DNA of 62,599 bases, filler included, from Nitrospinota bacterium (GTDB taxonomy: Bacteria > JADFOP01): assembly GCA_022562795.1 (NCBI GenBank). It is 3 parts of 3 records of this genome, joined end to end, with 100 filler letters (N's around TTAATTAATTAA, not from the genome) between each part and the next. Parts side by side here need not be neighbours in the genome. Positions count along the whole stretch, not along the records: positions 1 to 25,187 come from JADFOP010000034.1; 2 more parts are not named here. One strand, 5' to 3'. Both the position numbers and the translations under genes were made by a program. This document shows positions 10,370 to 20,571 of this stretch, piece after piece. Every line of letters starts with the position of its first letter. Positions within the stretch are counted from its first letter, which is position 1. The notes below the pieces were generated by a model, which made no database searches, was not told the DNA's origin, and worked only from the letters and a program-made list of their open reading frames with translations.

Positions 10370-10398
10370 TTTACACGATTGCGGGAAGGAGATAAATT
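10370..10398 (+). promoter_or_regulatory. Putative sigma70 promoter directly upstream of the structured element
   Basis: TTTACA(10370-75)-N17-TAAATT(10393-98). Confidence 0.5.
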
Positions 10399-10404
10399 AA
10401 ATGT

Positions 10405-10508
10405 AAGAGCAACACCAAGAGTTCCTACTTAGTTAGGAACAAAAGGTCCCTCCCCGCTGAAAGGTTGCCAAGGGTGACTGCCGAAAGGCTAGGCGGGGAG
10501 GTCGCTTC
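10405..10508 (+). ncRNA. Candidate structured non-coding RNA, family unidentified
   Basis: Nested stems GTTCCTA/TAGGAAC, CCTCCCCGC/GCGGGGAGG, GGTTGCC/GGTGACT and GCC-GAAA-GGC (GNRA loop), in an intergenic region just after a promoter. Confidence 0.45.
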
Positions 10509-10598
10509 TAAAAACTTATTAGATGTTTTAACCCATAGCCGAAAACTATATTACTAACATCTCCTCTCAATTTAAGTGCTACCCCGTTCGAGGTGCCG

Positions 10599-10628
10599 TT
10601 GACAGCCGAGCGCCGGCTCCGCTAAACT
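10599..10628 (+). promoter_or_regulatory. Putative sigma70 promoter of the hydrolase gene
   Basis: TTGACA-N18-TAAACT. Confidence 0.45.
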
Positions 10629-10655
10629 GACGGCCGCACCGAAGGAGCCCTCTCC

Positions 10656-11408
10656 ATGAAGCATTCGCCGTCGCCTCTCCGATGGGGCCTCGCCACCCTT
10701 GTTGTCGTTATCGTTGCCGTTGCCGTAAGCCTCGCCACGGCCGGGCCTTCCTCCAAGGAAGTGGTCCTGCGAGCCGTCGACGGGGTGGGAATCGCAGCAA
10801 CCTACTATCCCCCTAAGAGCCCCGGCCAAAAGCCGTCGGTCATCCTCCTCCACATGTTGAACCGCACACGTAGCGACTGGGCCGACTTCGCCCTCGCCCT
10901 GGCCCAGACGGACTACGCCGTCTTGGCGATCGATCTCAGGGGGCACGGGGAAAGCACGCGCGAGGTAGGCTCCTGGCGGGAGTTTACTCCGGCCGACTTT
11001 CGCGCGATGGTCAGGGACGTGGAGGCCGCCCATGAGTACCTGCAAGATACCCCAGAGGCCGATAGCGAGCGGCTTGCCGTCATCGGGGCGAGCATCGGGG
11101 CAAATGTGGCGCTCCTCTACGGCAGTCGGGACCCTTCGGTCAAGACCCTCGTGCTGCTCTCTCCGGGCCTTGATTATCGCGGGGTGACCACCGCCGAGGC
11201 CATGAAGACTTATGGGGGCCGGCCCGTCCTCATCGCCGCCAGCCGTGAGGATGCCTACAGCGCCCAAAGCAGTTCCACCTTGGACTCTCTCGCCCGCGGC
11301 CGCCACCGTCTCATCCTCTACAACGGCGCCGGCCACGGCACCCGCATGTTCCGGAAAGTTCCTGAGCTGAAGACCACCCTCCTGGAGTGGCTTGGCTCGA
11401 CCCTTTAG
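10656..11408 (+). CDS. Secreted alpha/beta hydrolase
   Basis: Signal peptide, DLRGHGES, GASIG nucleophile elbow, C-terminal AGHG. Confidence 0.88.
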   Translation: MKHSPSPLRWGLATLVVVIVAVAVSLATAGPSSKEVVLRAVDGVGIAATYYPPKSPGQKPSVILLHMLNRTRSDWADFALALAQTDYAVLAIDLRGHGESTREVGSWREFTPADFRAMVRDVEAAHEYLQDTPEADSERLAVIGASIGANVALLYGSRDPSVKTLVLLSPGLDYRGVTTAEAMKTYGGRPVLIAASREDAYSAQSSSTLDSLARGRHRLILYNGAGHGTRMFRKVPELKTTLLEWLGSTL

Positions 11409-11506
11409 GTGGAAAACCCCGCCTATCTGTAATCAGCCGTATTAGCCCGAGAAAGCCCGCCGAGTAGCGACGGTAGCGATTGAGACGGACCCGTTCAATA
11501 GGCGGG

Positions 11507-11935
11507 CTAGCCCTGACAGGCGGTGCAGAGCCCGTAGAGTTCAAGCCGATGGCTGAAGACGCGGAACCTCCTCTCCCGGCATACATCATTCAGAACGCGC
11601 TCGACCTCCGGGCTGAAAAACTCTGCAATGGCCCCACACCGGGTACAGACGAGATGATCGTGGTGCTCGTGCTCCAGAACGTGCTCGTAGCGGTGCCTCA
11701 CCTCTCCGAACTGCCGCCGCTGGGCCAGGCCACATTCCACCAGGAGGTTTAGGGTCCGATAAACAGTTGCGAGTCCTATGGAGGGGTTCTCGGCGCTCAC
11801 CGTCTGGTAGAGCTCCTCGGCGCTCACATGGCCCTCCGCCTCCAGGAAAGACCGGAGGATGACCTCCCGCTGGCGGGTGAGTTTCAGCTTGTTGCGGGCG
11901 ATGTAGTTTCGAAAGGTGTCGAAGGCACTCTGCAC
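11507..11935 (-). CDS. fur: Ferric uptake regulator
   Basis: TRQREVIL, ATVYRTL, HHDHLVCxxC, C-terminal CxxC; Fur box immediately upstream. Confidence 0.88.
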   Translation of the reverse strand: MQSAFDTFRNYIARNKLKLTRQREVILRSFLEAEGHVSAEELYQTVSAENPSIGLATVYRTLNLLVECGLAQRRQFGEVRHRYEHVLEHEHHDHLVCTRCGAIAEFFSPEVERVLNDVCRERRFRVFSHRLELYGLCTACQG

Positions 11936-11950
11936 GGGAGGCTCCTATCT

Positions 11951-11965
11951 TGAGAATCATTATCA
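11951..11965. promoter_or_regulatory. Fur box (7-1-7) upstream of fur
   Basis: TGAGAATCATTATCA, one mismatch from TGATAATNATTATCA. It abuts the -10 region of a minus-strand TTGACA (11987-92) promoter. Confidence 0.75.
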
Positions 11966-12139
11966 TATATCCAAAGGTACCGGTGCTGTCAAGCTTACGA
12001 GGGGCACGTCAGCGGAGCGAAGCGCCGGATGGGCTCGGTTCTCTGGGCTGTGGCGGGAAGGCTGGATTACGGAGGTGACCCTCTGGGCCAGCGGGCTCTA
12101 CGTTCAGTCCTCGAGATAACCTTGGGGCTGTCGATGGGG

Positions 12140-13069
12140 TTATTTCCTACTGAGGAAGCGGGGGTCGATCTGCCGCTCGGCATGGTAGGAGGAGCGGACC
12201 AGCGGCCCGCTCTCGACGTGGAGGAAACCCGCGGCCCGAGCTCGCTCCCCGATGGCCTCAAATACCTTCGGCGGGTAGTACGTCACCACCGGGGCGTGGT
12301 CGGTCGATGGGGCCAGGTACTGCCCGACGGTGAGGAGGTCGCAGCCGGCAGCCACCAGATCATCAAGGGTCACGTAGACCTCTTCAAGCCGCTCACCGAG
12401 CCCGAGCATGATGCCGCTCTTGGTGAGAATCTCCCCGTTGGCCCACGCTTTGACTCTTTGGATCAGCTCGAGGGAGCGGCCGTACTTTGCCTGGGGCCTT
12501 ACGGCCCGCTGGAGGCGGGCCACCGTCTCCACGTTATGATTGATGACGTCGGGGGCCGCCTCGACGACAGTCTTCAGGGCCCGAGGGTCGCCCTTGAAGT
12601 CGGGGATGAGCACTTCGATGCCGCAGAGAGGGGCGGCCCGGCGGATCTCGCGAATCGTCTGGGCGAAAATACCCGCCCCCCCGTCGGCCAGCTCGTCCCT
12701 GGCCACCGCAGTCACCACGACGAACCTGAGGCCCATGGTCACCACGCTCTCGGCTACCCGCTTGGGCTCGACCGGATCGACCCCGTTGGGACGGCCCGTT
12801 GTGATGGCGCAGAAGCTGCACCGGCGCGTACAGGTGTTGCCCAGGATAAGGAATGTCGCGGTGCCCGCCTCCCAACACTCCCCCATGTTCGGGCACCGGG
12901 CCTCCTCGCAAACGGTGTGGAGGCGCTTTTCCCTCATGAGGGCTTTTAGGCGACGGTAGTTGGGCCCACCCGGCATCCGGACCTTCAGCCACGGGGGACG
13001 GCGTCTCGAAGAGCGCTTATCGAACGACGTAGAATGACGTTGCGGGGGGGGCATCGCTCCTGCCTCCAA
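12140..13069 (-). CDS. lipA: Lipoyl synthase
   Basis: CEEARCPNMGEC, CTRRCSFC, RSSY. The start could be ATG 13054. Confidence 0.96.
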   Translation of the reverse strand: MEAGAMPPPQRHSTSFDKRSSRRRPPWLKVRMPGGPNYRRLKALMREKRLHTVCEEARCPNMGECWEAGTATFLILGNTCTRRCSFCAITTGRPNGVDPVEPKRVAESVVTMGLRFVVVTAVARDELADGGAGIFAQTIREIRRAAPLCGIEVLIPDFKGDPRALKTVVEAAPDVINHNVETVARLQRAVRPQAKYGRSLELIQRVKAWANGEILTKSGIMLGLGERLEEVYVTLDDLVAAGCDLLTVGQYLAPSTDHAPVVTYYPPKVFEAIGERARAAGFLHVESGPLVRSSYHAERQIDPRFLSRK

Positions 13070-13085
13070 ATATTCTCCGGGTCGG

Positions 13086-14381
13086 TCAAAGAAGTAAAGA
13101 GACGGGATGTTCTAGTAGCTCCTTGAGCTCGTCCATGAAGGCAGCGGCCGCAGTGCCGTCGATGATGCGGTGGTCGCAGGCGAGCGTGAGGCTCATCACC
13201 TGGCCGACGCCCACACGACCGTCGTGAACGACGGGCCGCTCCTTGATGGTCCCTACCGCGAGGATAGCCCCCTCGGGGGGCGCAATGACGGCGCTGAACT
13301 GGTCCACGCCATACATCCCAAGGTTGGAGATAGTGAAGGTGGCCCCACTGTACTCCTCTGGCCGGAGCTTACGCTGTCGGCCCCGCGCAGCAAGGTCGGC
13401 CGTCTCAACGGCTATTTGAGTGAGGGCCTTCTCATTCGTCTCCCTGACGACGGGGATCACGAGCCCCTCCTCGGTGGAGACGACAACCCCGATGTGGGCC
13501 GCTCGGTAGCGCCGGATTACGTCGCCCTGGTAGGAGCTGTTGACCTCAGGGTGCTTGACGAGGGCGAGCCCACAGGCCTTGACGAGGAGGTCGGTCACCG
13601 TCACCTTGACGCCCCGAAGCCGCGCCAGGGACGCCTTTGCGTCCAAGGCCTGGCCCATCTCGACTTCGGATGTGACGTAGAAGTGGGGCACCGGGGCTTT
13701 GCTCTCGACGAGTCGCTGGGCGATGGTCTTTCGCATGCCCGTCATGGGAACCTCATCAAAGGGCTCTGCGGGCCGGGCCTCCGCCGGAGGTGGCGATGGA
13801 GCCGCGACGGGTGGAGCCTCAGCTGCAGGCGCCAGATGGGCGGCGTCCACGTCGCGCTTTATTATGCGCCCTCCGGGGCCCGTGCCCTGCACGGTGGCGA
13901 GGTCAAGCCCCATCTCGGCGGCCAATCGGCGGGCTACCGGGGAGACCTTCAGGCGACCGTCGGTCGGCGCCACCTCTGCCATGGGAGCCACCACCTCCTC
14001 AGCCACCTTCGTCGGTTCCGCTTTTACCTCCTCTTCGGGCGCAACCTCAGGCGGTGGAGGCGCTGGAGGGGCTGGAGCCTCTACGGCCACGGCCACCTTG
14101 GGCGCCGCCGCCAACTCGGCCAGGAGCTCACTTATGTCCTCGCCTTGAATTCCGGCGATGGCGATGGCCACGCCAACTGGAGCAACCTCTCCCTCTGGCA
14201 CCAGTATCTTATGGAGCACCCCGGTGCGATAGACCTCAAATTCGATGTCGGCCTTGTCGCTTTCGATCTCGGCTATGATTTCGCCTGCCTCGACCTCATC
14301 GCCTTCCTCTTTGAACCACTTTAGAATCCGGCCCTCCTCCATAGTGTCGCTCAATTGGGGCATGGTTATGGCGTAGGCCAT
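13086..14381 (-). CDS. pdhC: 2-oxo acid (pyruvate) dehydrogenase E2, dihydrolipoamide acyltransferase
   Basis: Lipoyl domain ESDKA, E3-binding SPVARR/GTGPGGRI, catalytic DHRIIDG. Confidence 0.9.
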   Translation of the reverse strand: MAYAITMPQLSDTMEEGRILKWFKEEGDEVEAGEIIAEIESDKADIEFEVYRTGVLHKILVPEGEVAPVGVAIAIAGIQGEDISELLAELAAAPKVAVAVEAPAPPAPPPPEVAPEEEVKAEPTKVAEEVVAPMAEVAPTDGRLKVSPVARRLAAEMGLDLATVQGTGPGGRIIKRDVDAAHLAPAAEAPPVAAPSPPPAEARPAEPFDEVPMTGMRKTIAQRLVESKAPVPHFYVTSEVEMGQALDAKASLARLRGVKVTVTDLLVKACGLALVKHPEVNSSYQGDVIRRYRAAHIGVVVSTEEGLVIPVVRETNEKALTQIAVETADLAARGRQRKLRPEEYSGATFTISNLGMYGVDQFSAVIAPPEGAILAVGTIKERPVVHDGRVGVGQVMSLTLACDHRIIDGTAAAAFMDELKELLEHPVSLLL

Positions 14382-14406
14382 GGGCGTTCCTTTCACGTCG
14401 CTCCCC

Positions 14407-15384
14407 CTAGAGGTAGCAGACGTCCTTTACCGCCTGGACGATCGCCTCAGGGTTCGGCAAGGAGAGGCTCTCTAGGCGCTTGTTATAGGGGATTGGCACG
14501 TCGGCCTGGGTGACCCTCCTAATGGGCGCATCGAGGTAGTCGAAGGCCTCCTCGTAGAGGGAGGAGGCAATCTGGGCTCCCACCCCGCAGAAGGCCCAGC
14601 CCTCCTCGACGACGACCGCCCGGTGGGTCTTTCGAACTGAGTCCGCGAGGGTCTCCACGTCCAGGGGCCTGAGGGTTCGGGGATCGATAAGCTCGACGTC
14701 AATTCCGTCCTGGTCCAGCAACTCGGCGGCCCTCAGCGCGTGGTGGACCACCGTGCTGTGGGCGATGACCGTCACATCGCGGCCTTCTTTCTTGACCTCG
14801 GCTTCGCCGATGGGGATTAGGTATTCGCCCTCGGGCACCTCGCCCTTGAGACCGTAGAGCCGCTCGCCCTCGATCATGATGACGGGGCTGTTGTCGCGGA
14901 TTGCGCTCTTGAGCAGGCCCTTAGCGTCTTTGGGGGTAGACGGCATAACCACCTTTAGGCCCGGGATGTTACAGTAGAATGACTCAAAGCATTGGGAGTG
15001 CTGTGCCGCCTTCTGGGCGGAGGCCCCCCCAGGGCCTCTAAGGACAAGGGGAATGGGGATTTGCCCGCCCGACATGTAGAGAATTTTAGCGGCCGCGTTG
15101 ACGATCTGGTCGATGGCCTGAAGTGAGAAGTTGAAGGTCATCATCTCGATGACCGGACGCATGCCCAACGTGGCGGCCCCGATACCGAAGCCTGTGAAGC
15201 CCCCTTCGGTAATAGGGGTGTCAATGACGCGCTTCTCGCCGAATTCCTCCAGCAAGCCTTGGGAAACTTTGTAGGGTCCCTGGTAGAAGCCCACATCCTC
15301 GCCTATGAGGAAGACGTTCTCGTCCCGCTCCATCTCCTCGCGGAGGGCTTCGTGTAGTGCCTCCCGATAGGTCTTGACTCCCAT
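14407..15384 (-). CDS. pdhB: Pyruvate dehydrogenase E1 beta subunit
   Basis: DTPITE, AAQHSQ, RTLRPLD, LDAPI. Confidence 0.92.
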   Translation of the reverse strand: MGVKTYREALHEALREEMERDENVFLIGEDVGFYQGPYKVSQGLLEEFGEKRVIDTPITEGGFTGFGIGAATLGMRPVIEMMTFNFSLQAIDQIVNAAAKILYMSGGQIPIPLVLRGPGGASAQKAAQHSQCFESFYCNIPGLKVVMPSTPKDAKGLLKSAIRDNSPVIMIEGERLYGLKGEVPEGEYLIPIGEAEVKKEGRDVTVIAHSTVVHHALRAAELLDQDGIDVELIDPRTLRPLDVETLADSVRKTHRAVVVEEGWAFCGVGAQIASSLYEEAFDYLDAPIRRVTQADVPIPYNKRLESLSLPNPEAIVQAVKDVCYL

Positions 15385-15418
15385 ATATGATGCTCCTCTC
15401 CCCGCCTGGAGGGATAAG

Positions 15419-16390
15419 TCAGGCGTATACGTCTGTGTAGAGCTCCTCGACGGCCGGCTCCTCGCTCTCTTCGGCGAAGGCCACGGATTCGTCGACCTCC
15501 CTCTCGACCCTTTCCTCTACCTCCTTGATTTGCTCATCCGTGAGCTCCCCGTCATCTTTGAGCTTACGCTCCAGCAGGAGGATTGGGTCGCGCTTGCGAT
15601 GTTCATCAACCTCCTCCTTGGTACGGTAGTGGGCCGGGTCAGCCATGGAATGGCCCTTAAACCGGTAGGTGCGCGCCTCCAAGAAGGTGGGGAGGCTATC
15701 GTTCCGGGCCCTCTCTACGGCCTCGCCGACCTTGAGCATGACCCGCATAATATCCATCCCGTCGAGCCAGTCGCATTCCATATCGTAGCCACGGCCCTTG
15801 AGGGAGATATCGTAGAGGGAGCTGACCCGCTCCATGGGGGTGCCCATCCCGTATCGGTTGTTCTCGCAGAGGAATATAACGGGAAGCTTCCAGAGGGCTG
15901 AGAGGTTGAGGGCCTCGTGGAAGGCGCCGTTGTTTACGGCTCCATCCCCGAAGAAGCAGACAACGACCGCGTCCTCGCCACGCTCTTTGATGGCGTGGGC
16001 CATACCGGCGGCGAGGGGGAGGTGGGCGGCCACAATGCCATGGCCGCCGTAGAAACGGTGCTCGACGCTGAACAGGTGCATGGAGCCGCCCTTGCCGCTG
16101 GAGCATCCGGTGGCCTTGCCGAAGAGCTCGGCCATAATGCTCTTGGCCGTAAGCCCTTTGACGAGGGCGTGGCCGTGCTCTCGATAGGCGCTTATCCAGT
16201 AATCCTCCGGCCGGCATACGCCGCCAACACCGGCGGCAACGGCCTCTTGACCGTTGTAGAGGTGGCAGAATCCGCCAATCTTGCCCTGTTGGTAGTGCTC
16301 GGCCGCCCGAAGCTCAAACTGGCGCATCAGGACCATCTGGTAATAGAGGTAACGTAATTTTTCTGGTTCCATCTTTTCGACGTCCACCAC
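15419..16390 (-). CDS. pdhA: Pyruvate dehydrogenase E1 alpha subunit
   Basis: GFCHLYNGQEA, GKGGSMH, GDGA...ENN TPP motif, YRFKGHSMADP. Confidence 0.95.
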   Translation of the reverse strand: MVDVEKMEPEKLRYLYYQMVLMRQFELRAAEHYQQGKIGGFCHLYNGQEAVAAGVGGVCRPEDYWISAYREHGHALVKGLTAKSIMAELFGKATGCSSGKGGSMHLFSVEHRFYGGHGIVAAHLPLAAGMAHAIKERGEDAVVVCFFGDGAVNNGAFHEALNLSALWKLPVIFLCENNRYGMGTPMERVSSLYDISLKGRGYDMECDWLDGMDIMRVMLKVGEAVERARNDSLPTFLEARTYRFKGHSMADPAHYRTKEEVDEHRKRDPILLLERKLKDDGELTDEQIKEVEERVEREVDESVAFAEESEEPAVEELYTDVYA

Positions 16391-16724
16391 GCTCCTCCTT
16401 AAATTTGGACACCTCTCGGCCCGACCGCGCCTTCAAAAACGGCTTACCGAACCTTCTATTCCCTATATACGGGCGAGCTGAATAAAATTCCAGATTAAAG
16501 TTCGGGCGCCCTCAACCCTTGGCTTCCCTTTGTTGCCTGAATTTCTAAATCAACTAACGAAAATAGGGGTTTACTGGGTTTTTGGGGTTTGTTACTAGAC
16601 CAATATAGTTGTGGAAATATTCCTTCGGAGATCCAGAGATTCGGGAGGAGGCCGTAAAAAACCTTCGGCGCCTGACCCTATAGGGAGAGGCGCCTAAGGA
16701 GACGTACAACAAAGAGCCGGTGGC

Positions 16725-17120
<396 letters not shown>

Positions 17121-17233
17121 TTAAGCCCTTGCAGCTTTAATCTCTTCGGCTCAATGTGTGGCATTTGTGGAATAACCCCTTCTTCCTATCTAATGTTACG
17201 GAGCTTTCCGTAAGAAGTCAAGCCCCCGACCGT

Positions 17234-18256
17234 TTAGTTCACCTCCCACGTATCGCCCGCTTTGAGGAGGGCTTCGAGGGAACCGGGGCCGATTTTCTCC
17301 TTGGCTCCGGCCACCTGGGCGTGAAGCTGTTCATGAAAGGTGATCCGCTCCACGGTCCGGAACACTCCGAGAGGAACCGGGAATTTTGTCTCATCGAGGC
17401 GAGATAGCGCGAATGCGATAGTCGCGTCGTCTGTGGTTTCGTCGTGGACTATAAGGTCCGACTCGCTTACGCCGTTTCCGAGCTCGACCACCTCGATGCT
17501 GGCCCCTACGAGCCTGAGGCCCTTTTCATGATTCTTGCCGAAGACCAGTGGCTTGCCATGCTCCAGATATACGACGTTATCGTCCCGCACCTCCTTGTCG
17601 GTCACGTGCTGGTAAGCACCATCGTAAAAAACGGGGCAATTCTGGAGAATTTGCACAAAGGCAGTCCCTCGGTGCTGACTCGCCCTGCGGAACGTCTCCT
17701 TCATGTGCTTGAGGTCGCGGTCCACTGTTCGCGCTACGAACGTCGCCTCTGATGCAAGGACGAGGCTCACCGGCTCGATGGGGTTGTCTATGGAGCCCCA
17801 GGGAGTGGAGGGGGTCTTCTGGCCCACCCGAGAGGTCGGGGAGTACTGTCCCTTGGTAAGACCGTAGATTCTATTGTCAAAAAGAAGGAGCTTAAAATCC
17901 ACGTTTCGCCGCATGGCGTGAATGAGGTGGTTGCCGCCGATGGAGAGGGCGTCGCCGTCTCCCGTTACGACCCATACGGAGAGCTCCGGGTTCGCGGCCT
18001 TGAGGCCGGTGGCTATCGCAGGGGCCCGGCCATGAATGGTGTGAAAGCCGTACGTGTTCATATAGTACGGAAAACGGGCCGCGCAACCAATACCCGAGAC
18101 GAAGGCGTACTTCTCCCGGGCCAGCCCCAGTTCGGGCAAGAGGCTTTGTACCTGGGCGAGGATGGCGTAGTCCCCGCAGCCCGGACACCAGCGAACGATC
18201 TGGTCCGAGGTGAAATCCTTCTTCGTTAGGCTGACGCTGCTCTCCTTGGCGCTCAT
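17234..18256 (-). CDS. korB: 2-oxoacid:ferredoxin oxidoreductase beta subunit
   Basis: WCPGCGD, SGIGC, HGRA, GDGD, YGLTKGQYSPT. Confidence 0.92.
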   Translation of the reverse strand: MSAKESSVSLTKKDFTSDQIVRWCPGCGDYAILAQVQSLLPELGLAREKYAFVSGIGCAARFPYYMNTYGFHTIHGRAPAIATGLKAANPELSVWVVTGDGDALSIGGNHLIHAMRRNVDFKLLLFDNRIYGLTKGQYSPTSRVGQKTPSTPWGSIDNPIEPVSLVLASEATFVARTVDRDLKHMKETFRRASQHRGTAFVQILQNCPVFYDGAYQHVTDKEVRDDNVVYLEHGKPLVFGKNHEKGLRLVGASIEVVELGNGVSESDLIVHDETTDDATIAFALSRLDETKFPVPLGVFRTVERITFHEQLHAQVAGAKEKIGPGSLEALLKAGDTWEVN

Positions 18257-20124
18257 GAGGAAAGGACCTCCTCTATCTTGTCGAGGATTTCCGAAACCTT
18301 AAAGGGCTGACCCTGAATTTTGCCGTAGCAAATGGCGTCGACCAGGAACTCGGCCCGGATTAAGCGAACAAGCTGTCCCATGTTGAGCTCCGGGACGAGG
18401 ACTTTCTCATAGCGACTCAGGATATCGCCCAGATTTGGTGGAAATGGGTTGAGGTGGCGAAGATGGACCCGGGCCACCGATGCGCCACGAGCCAGTAAGG
18501 CTTCGACGGCTGTGGCGATAGCCCCGTAAGTGGAGCCCCACCCTACCACCAAGAGCTTGCCTTCCTCCGGCCCTGTCACCTCCAAAGGCGGTATGCTCTT
18601 GGCGATGCCTGCGATCTTCTCCGCCCGCAGGCGCACCATCTTTTCGTGGTTGATCGGGTCGTAGTTCACGTTGCCCGTTACGTCTTCCTTCTCGATACCA
18701 CCGATCCGATGCTCGAGGCCGGGGGTGCCTGGGCGCACCCAGGGCCGGGCAAGTGTCTCTGGGTTTCGGATATAGGGTTGAAAGCCTTCGGGGTCGGTCC
18801 GGAAGGTGACGGGAAATTTTGGCAAATCCTCGATCGCCGGGATGCGCCACGGCTCGGACCCGTTGCCGAGGTAGCCGTCGGTGAGCAAGACGACGGGCGT
18901 CATGTAAGTGGTCGCCAACCGAACGGCCTCGATGGCCATATCAAAACAATCCGAGGGGGAGATTGGGGCAATAACCGCGACAGGGGACTCGCTGTTGCGC
19001 CCGTAAAGAACCTGAAAGAGGTCGGCCTGCTCGGTCTTGGTGGGCAGTCCCGTCGAGGGGCCACCCCGCTGGACGTTGATGATGACAAGCGGCAATTCCA
19101 CCATAACAGCCAGTCCGATGGTCTCGGCCTTCAGAGTAAAGCCCGGCCCGCTGGTGCCCGTAACCCCGAGTGCCCCGGAGAAGGAGGCGCCGACGGCCGA
19201 CCCCACAGCGGCGATCTCGTCCTCCGCCTGGAAGGTAAGGACGTCGAAGTTCTTGTGGCGCGATAGCTCATGCAGGATGTCGCTGGCCGGGGTGATGGGG
19301 TAGGAGCCGTAAAAGAGCTGGAGGCCACTGAGCCGGCTTGCCGCAATGAGCCCGATAGCAAGGGCCTGGTTGCCCGTGATGTTTCGGTAGGTGCCAGGCT
19401 CGTAGACGGCCTCACGGATCTGGTACGAGGTGGGGAAGACCTCTGCCGTCTCACCGAAGTGGTAGCCGGCCCTAAGAGTCCGGCTGTTGGCCTCTATGAG
19501 GTCGCTCTTGCCGGCGAACTTCTCCTCGAGCCACTTGAGGGTAAGCTCAATGGGACGATTATACATCCAGTACATGAGGCCCAACGCGAAGAAGTTCTTG
19601 GACCGATCCACCGCGGTTACAGACAGCCCCATGTCGGCCAGCGCGACTTTCACCATCCGGGAAATATCGACAGGGATGACCTGGAAGCCTTTTAAGGAGC
19701 CGTCCTCCAAAGGATTGGAATCGTAGTCGGCCTTCTGAAGGTTTCGTTTTTCAAAGGTCGCGCTGTTGACGATAACAGTCCCGCCGGGCTTGAGGTCTTG
19801 AATGTTGGCCTTCAATGCCGCGGGATTAAACGCCACCAGCACGTCGGGCCTGTCGCCTGGGGTCAGAATCTTGTGATGGCTGAAATTGATCTGAAAAGCG
19901 CTTACCCCCGCCAAGGTGCCGACTGGGGCTCGAATCTCTGCTGGGAAATCGGGCAGGGTAGCTAGGTCGTTGCCTTGAAGTGCCGTGGTGATGGTGAACC
20001 GACTGCCGGTTAGCTGAATCCCGTCGCCCGAATCGCCAGCGAAGCGCACTATGGCGCTTTCCAACTCCTGGACGTCTTTCTTCGGTGGATCAGTTTTCTC
20101 TTTGTCTTGAGCCGACTCTGCCAT
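18253..20124 (-). CDS. korA: 2-oxoacid:ferredoxin oxidoreductase alpha subunit
   Basis: AGDSGDG, YPITP, QAEDEIAA, QRGGPSTGLPTK. Confidence 0.92.
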   Translation of the reverse strand: MAESAQDKEKTDPPKKDVQELESAIVRFAGDSGDGIQLTGSRFTITTALQGNDLATLPDFPAEIRAPVGTLAGVSAFQINFSHHKILTPGDRPDVLVAFNPAALKANIQDLKPGGTVIVNSATFEKRNLQKADYDSNPLEDGSLKGFQVIPVDISRMVKVALADMGLSVTAVDRSKNFFALGLMYWMYNRPIELTLKWLEEKFAGKSDLIEANSRTLRAGYHFGETAEVFPTSYQIREAVYEPGTYRNITGNQALAIGLIAASRLSGLQLFYGSYPITPASDILHELSRHKNFDVLTFQAEDEIAAVGSAVGASFSGALGVTGTSGPGFTLKAETIGLAVMVELPLVIINVQRGGPSTGLPTKTEQADLFQVLYGRNSESPVAVIAPISPSDCFDMAIEAVRLATTYMTPVVLLTDGYLGNGSEPWRIPAIEDLPKFPVTFRTDPEGFQPYIRNPETLARPWVRPGTPGLEHRIGGIEKEDVTGNVNYDPINHEKMVRLRAEKIAGIAKSIPPLEVTGPEEGKLLVVGWGSTYGAIATAVEALLARGASVARVHLRHLNPFPPNLGDILSRYEKVLVPELNMGQLVRLIRAEFLVDAICYGKIQGQPFKVSEILDKIEEVLSS

Positions 20125-20571
20125 CTTTTGCCTACCGCCTCCTTCGGACGCAACCTACAGCGGGCCGAACCCTCGAAGTAAAACCAGTGATTTAAGACAC
20201 TAATCCCCGGCTCCCAGGCCCCACAGCAAATGGGGCGATTTTCTTAAATCACATTTTTTCTTCGATCGGTGCCCTTTCGGGGGGAATGTCCTTTCTTAAT
20301 CCGTCCTATTCTATTTTAAAATTGGCATTTCCTAAAGTAAATGTCAAGAGGTTTTCTAGAAATTCCCCGCCTTTTCCCTTGAGTTGAAAGGGCTTGGGAG
20401 GACCTTGAGACGACCCCACGGTGTTTTATTTTCGATTGAACTTGAAACAATTCCTCCCCCTGACGTAACCTCCCAGCCCGGCCCTACATCCCAAAGAGAG
20501 TTTATCTTACGGCTCTTTACAGAAGGGGGCTGCATGGATACAAATTTCAAATCCCGTTTGTGGAGCCTCCC

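Noticed and set aside
10449-10501. Hammerhead ribozyme or c-di-AMP (ydaO) riboswitch identity for the structured element
   Set aside because: CUGAAAG does not fit the CUGANGA core and the GAAA is a hairpin loop. The ydaO 3' CCCGAACCCGUCAGCUAAC segment is absent.
12029-14324. Long + strand ORFs 12029-12949 and 13170-14324
   Set aside because: Antisense shadows of lipA and pdhC, expected in high-GC coding DNA; no recognisable motifs.
16599-16614. NrdR-box-like ACCAATATAGTTGTGG upstream of pdhA
   Set aside because: Spacing is off by one from consensus, it is single-copy, and the target gene is implausible.
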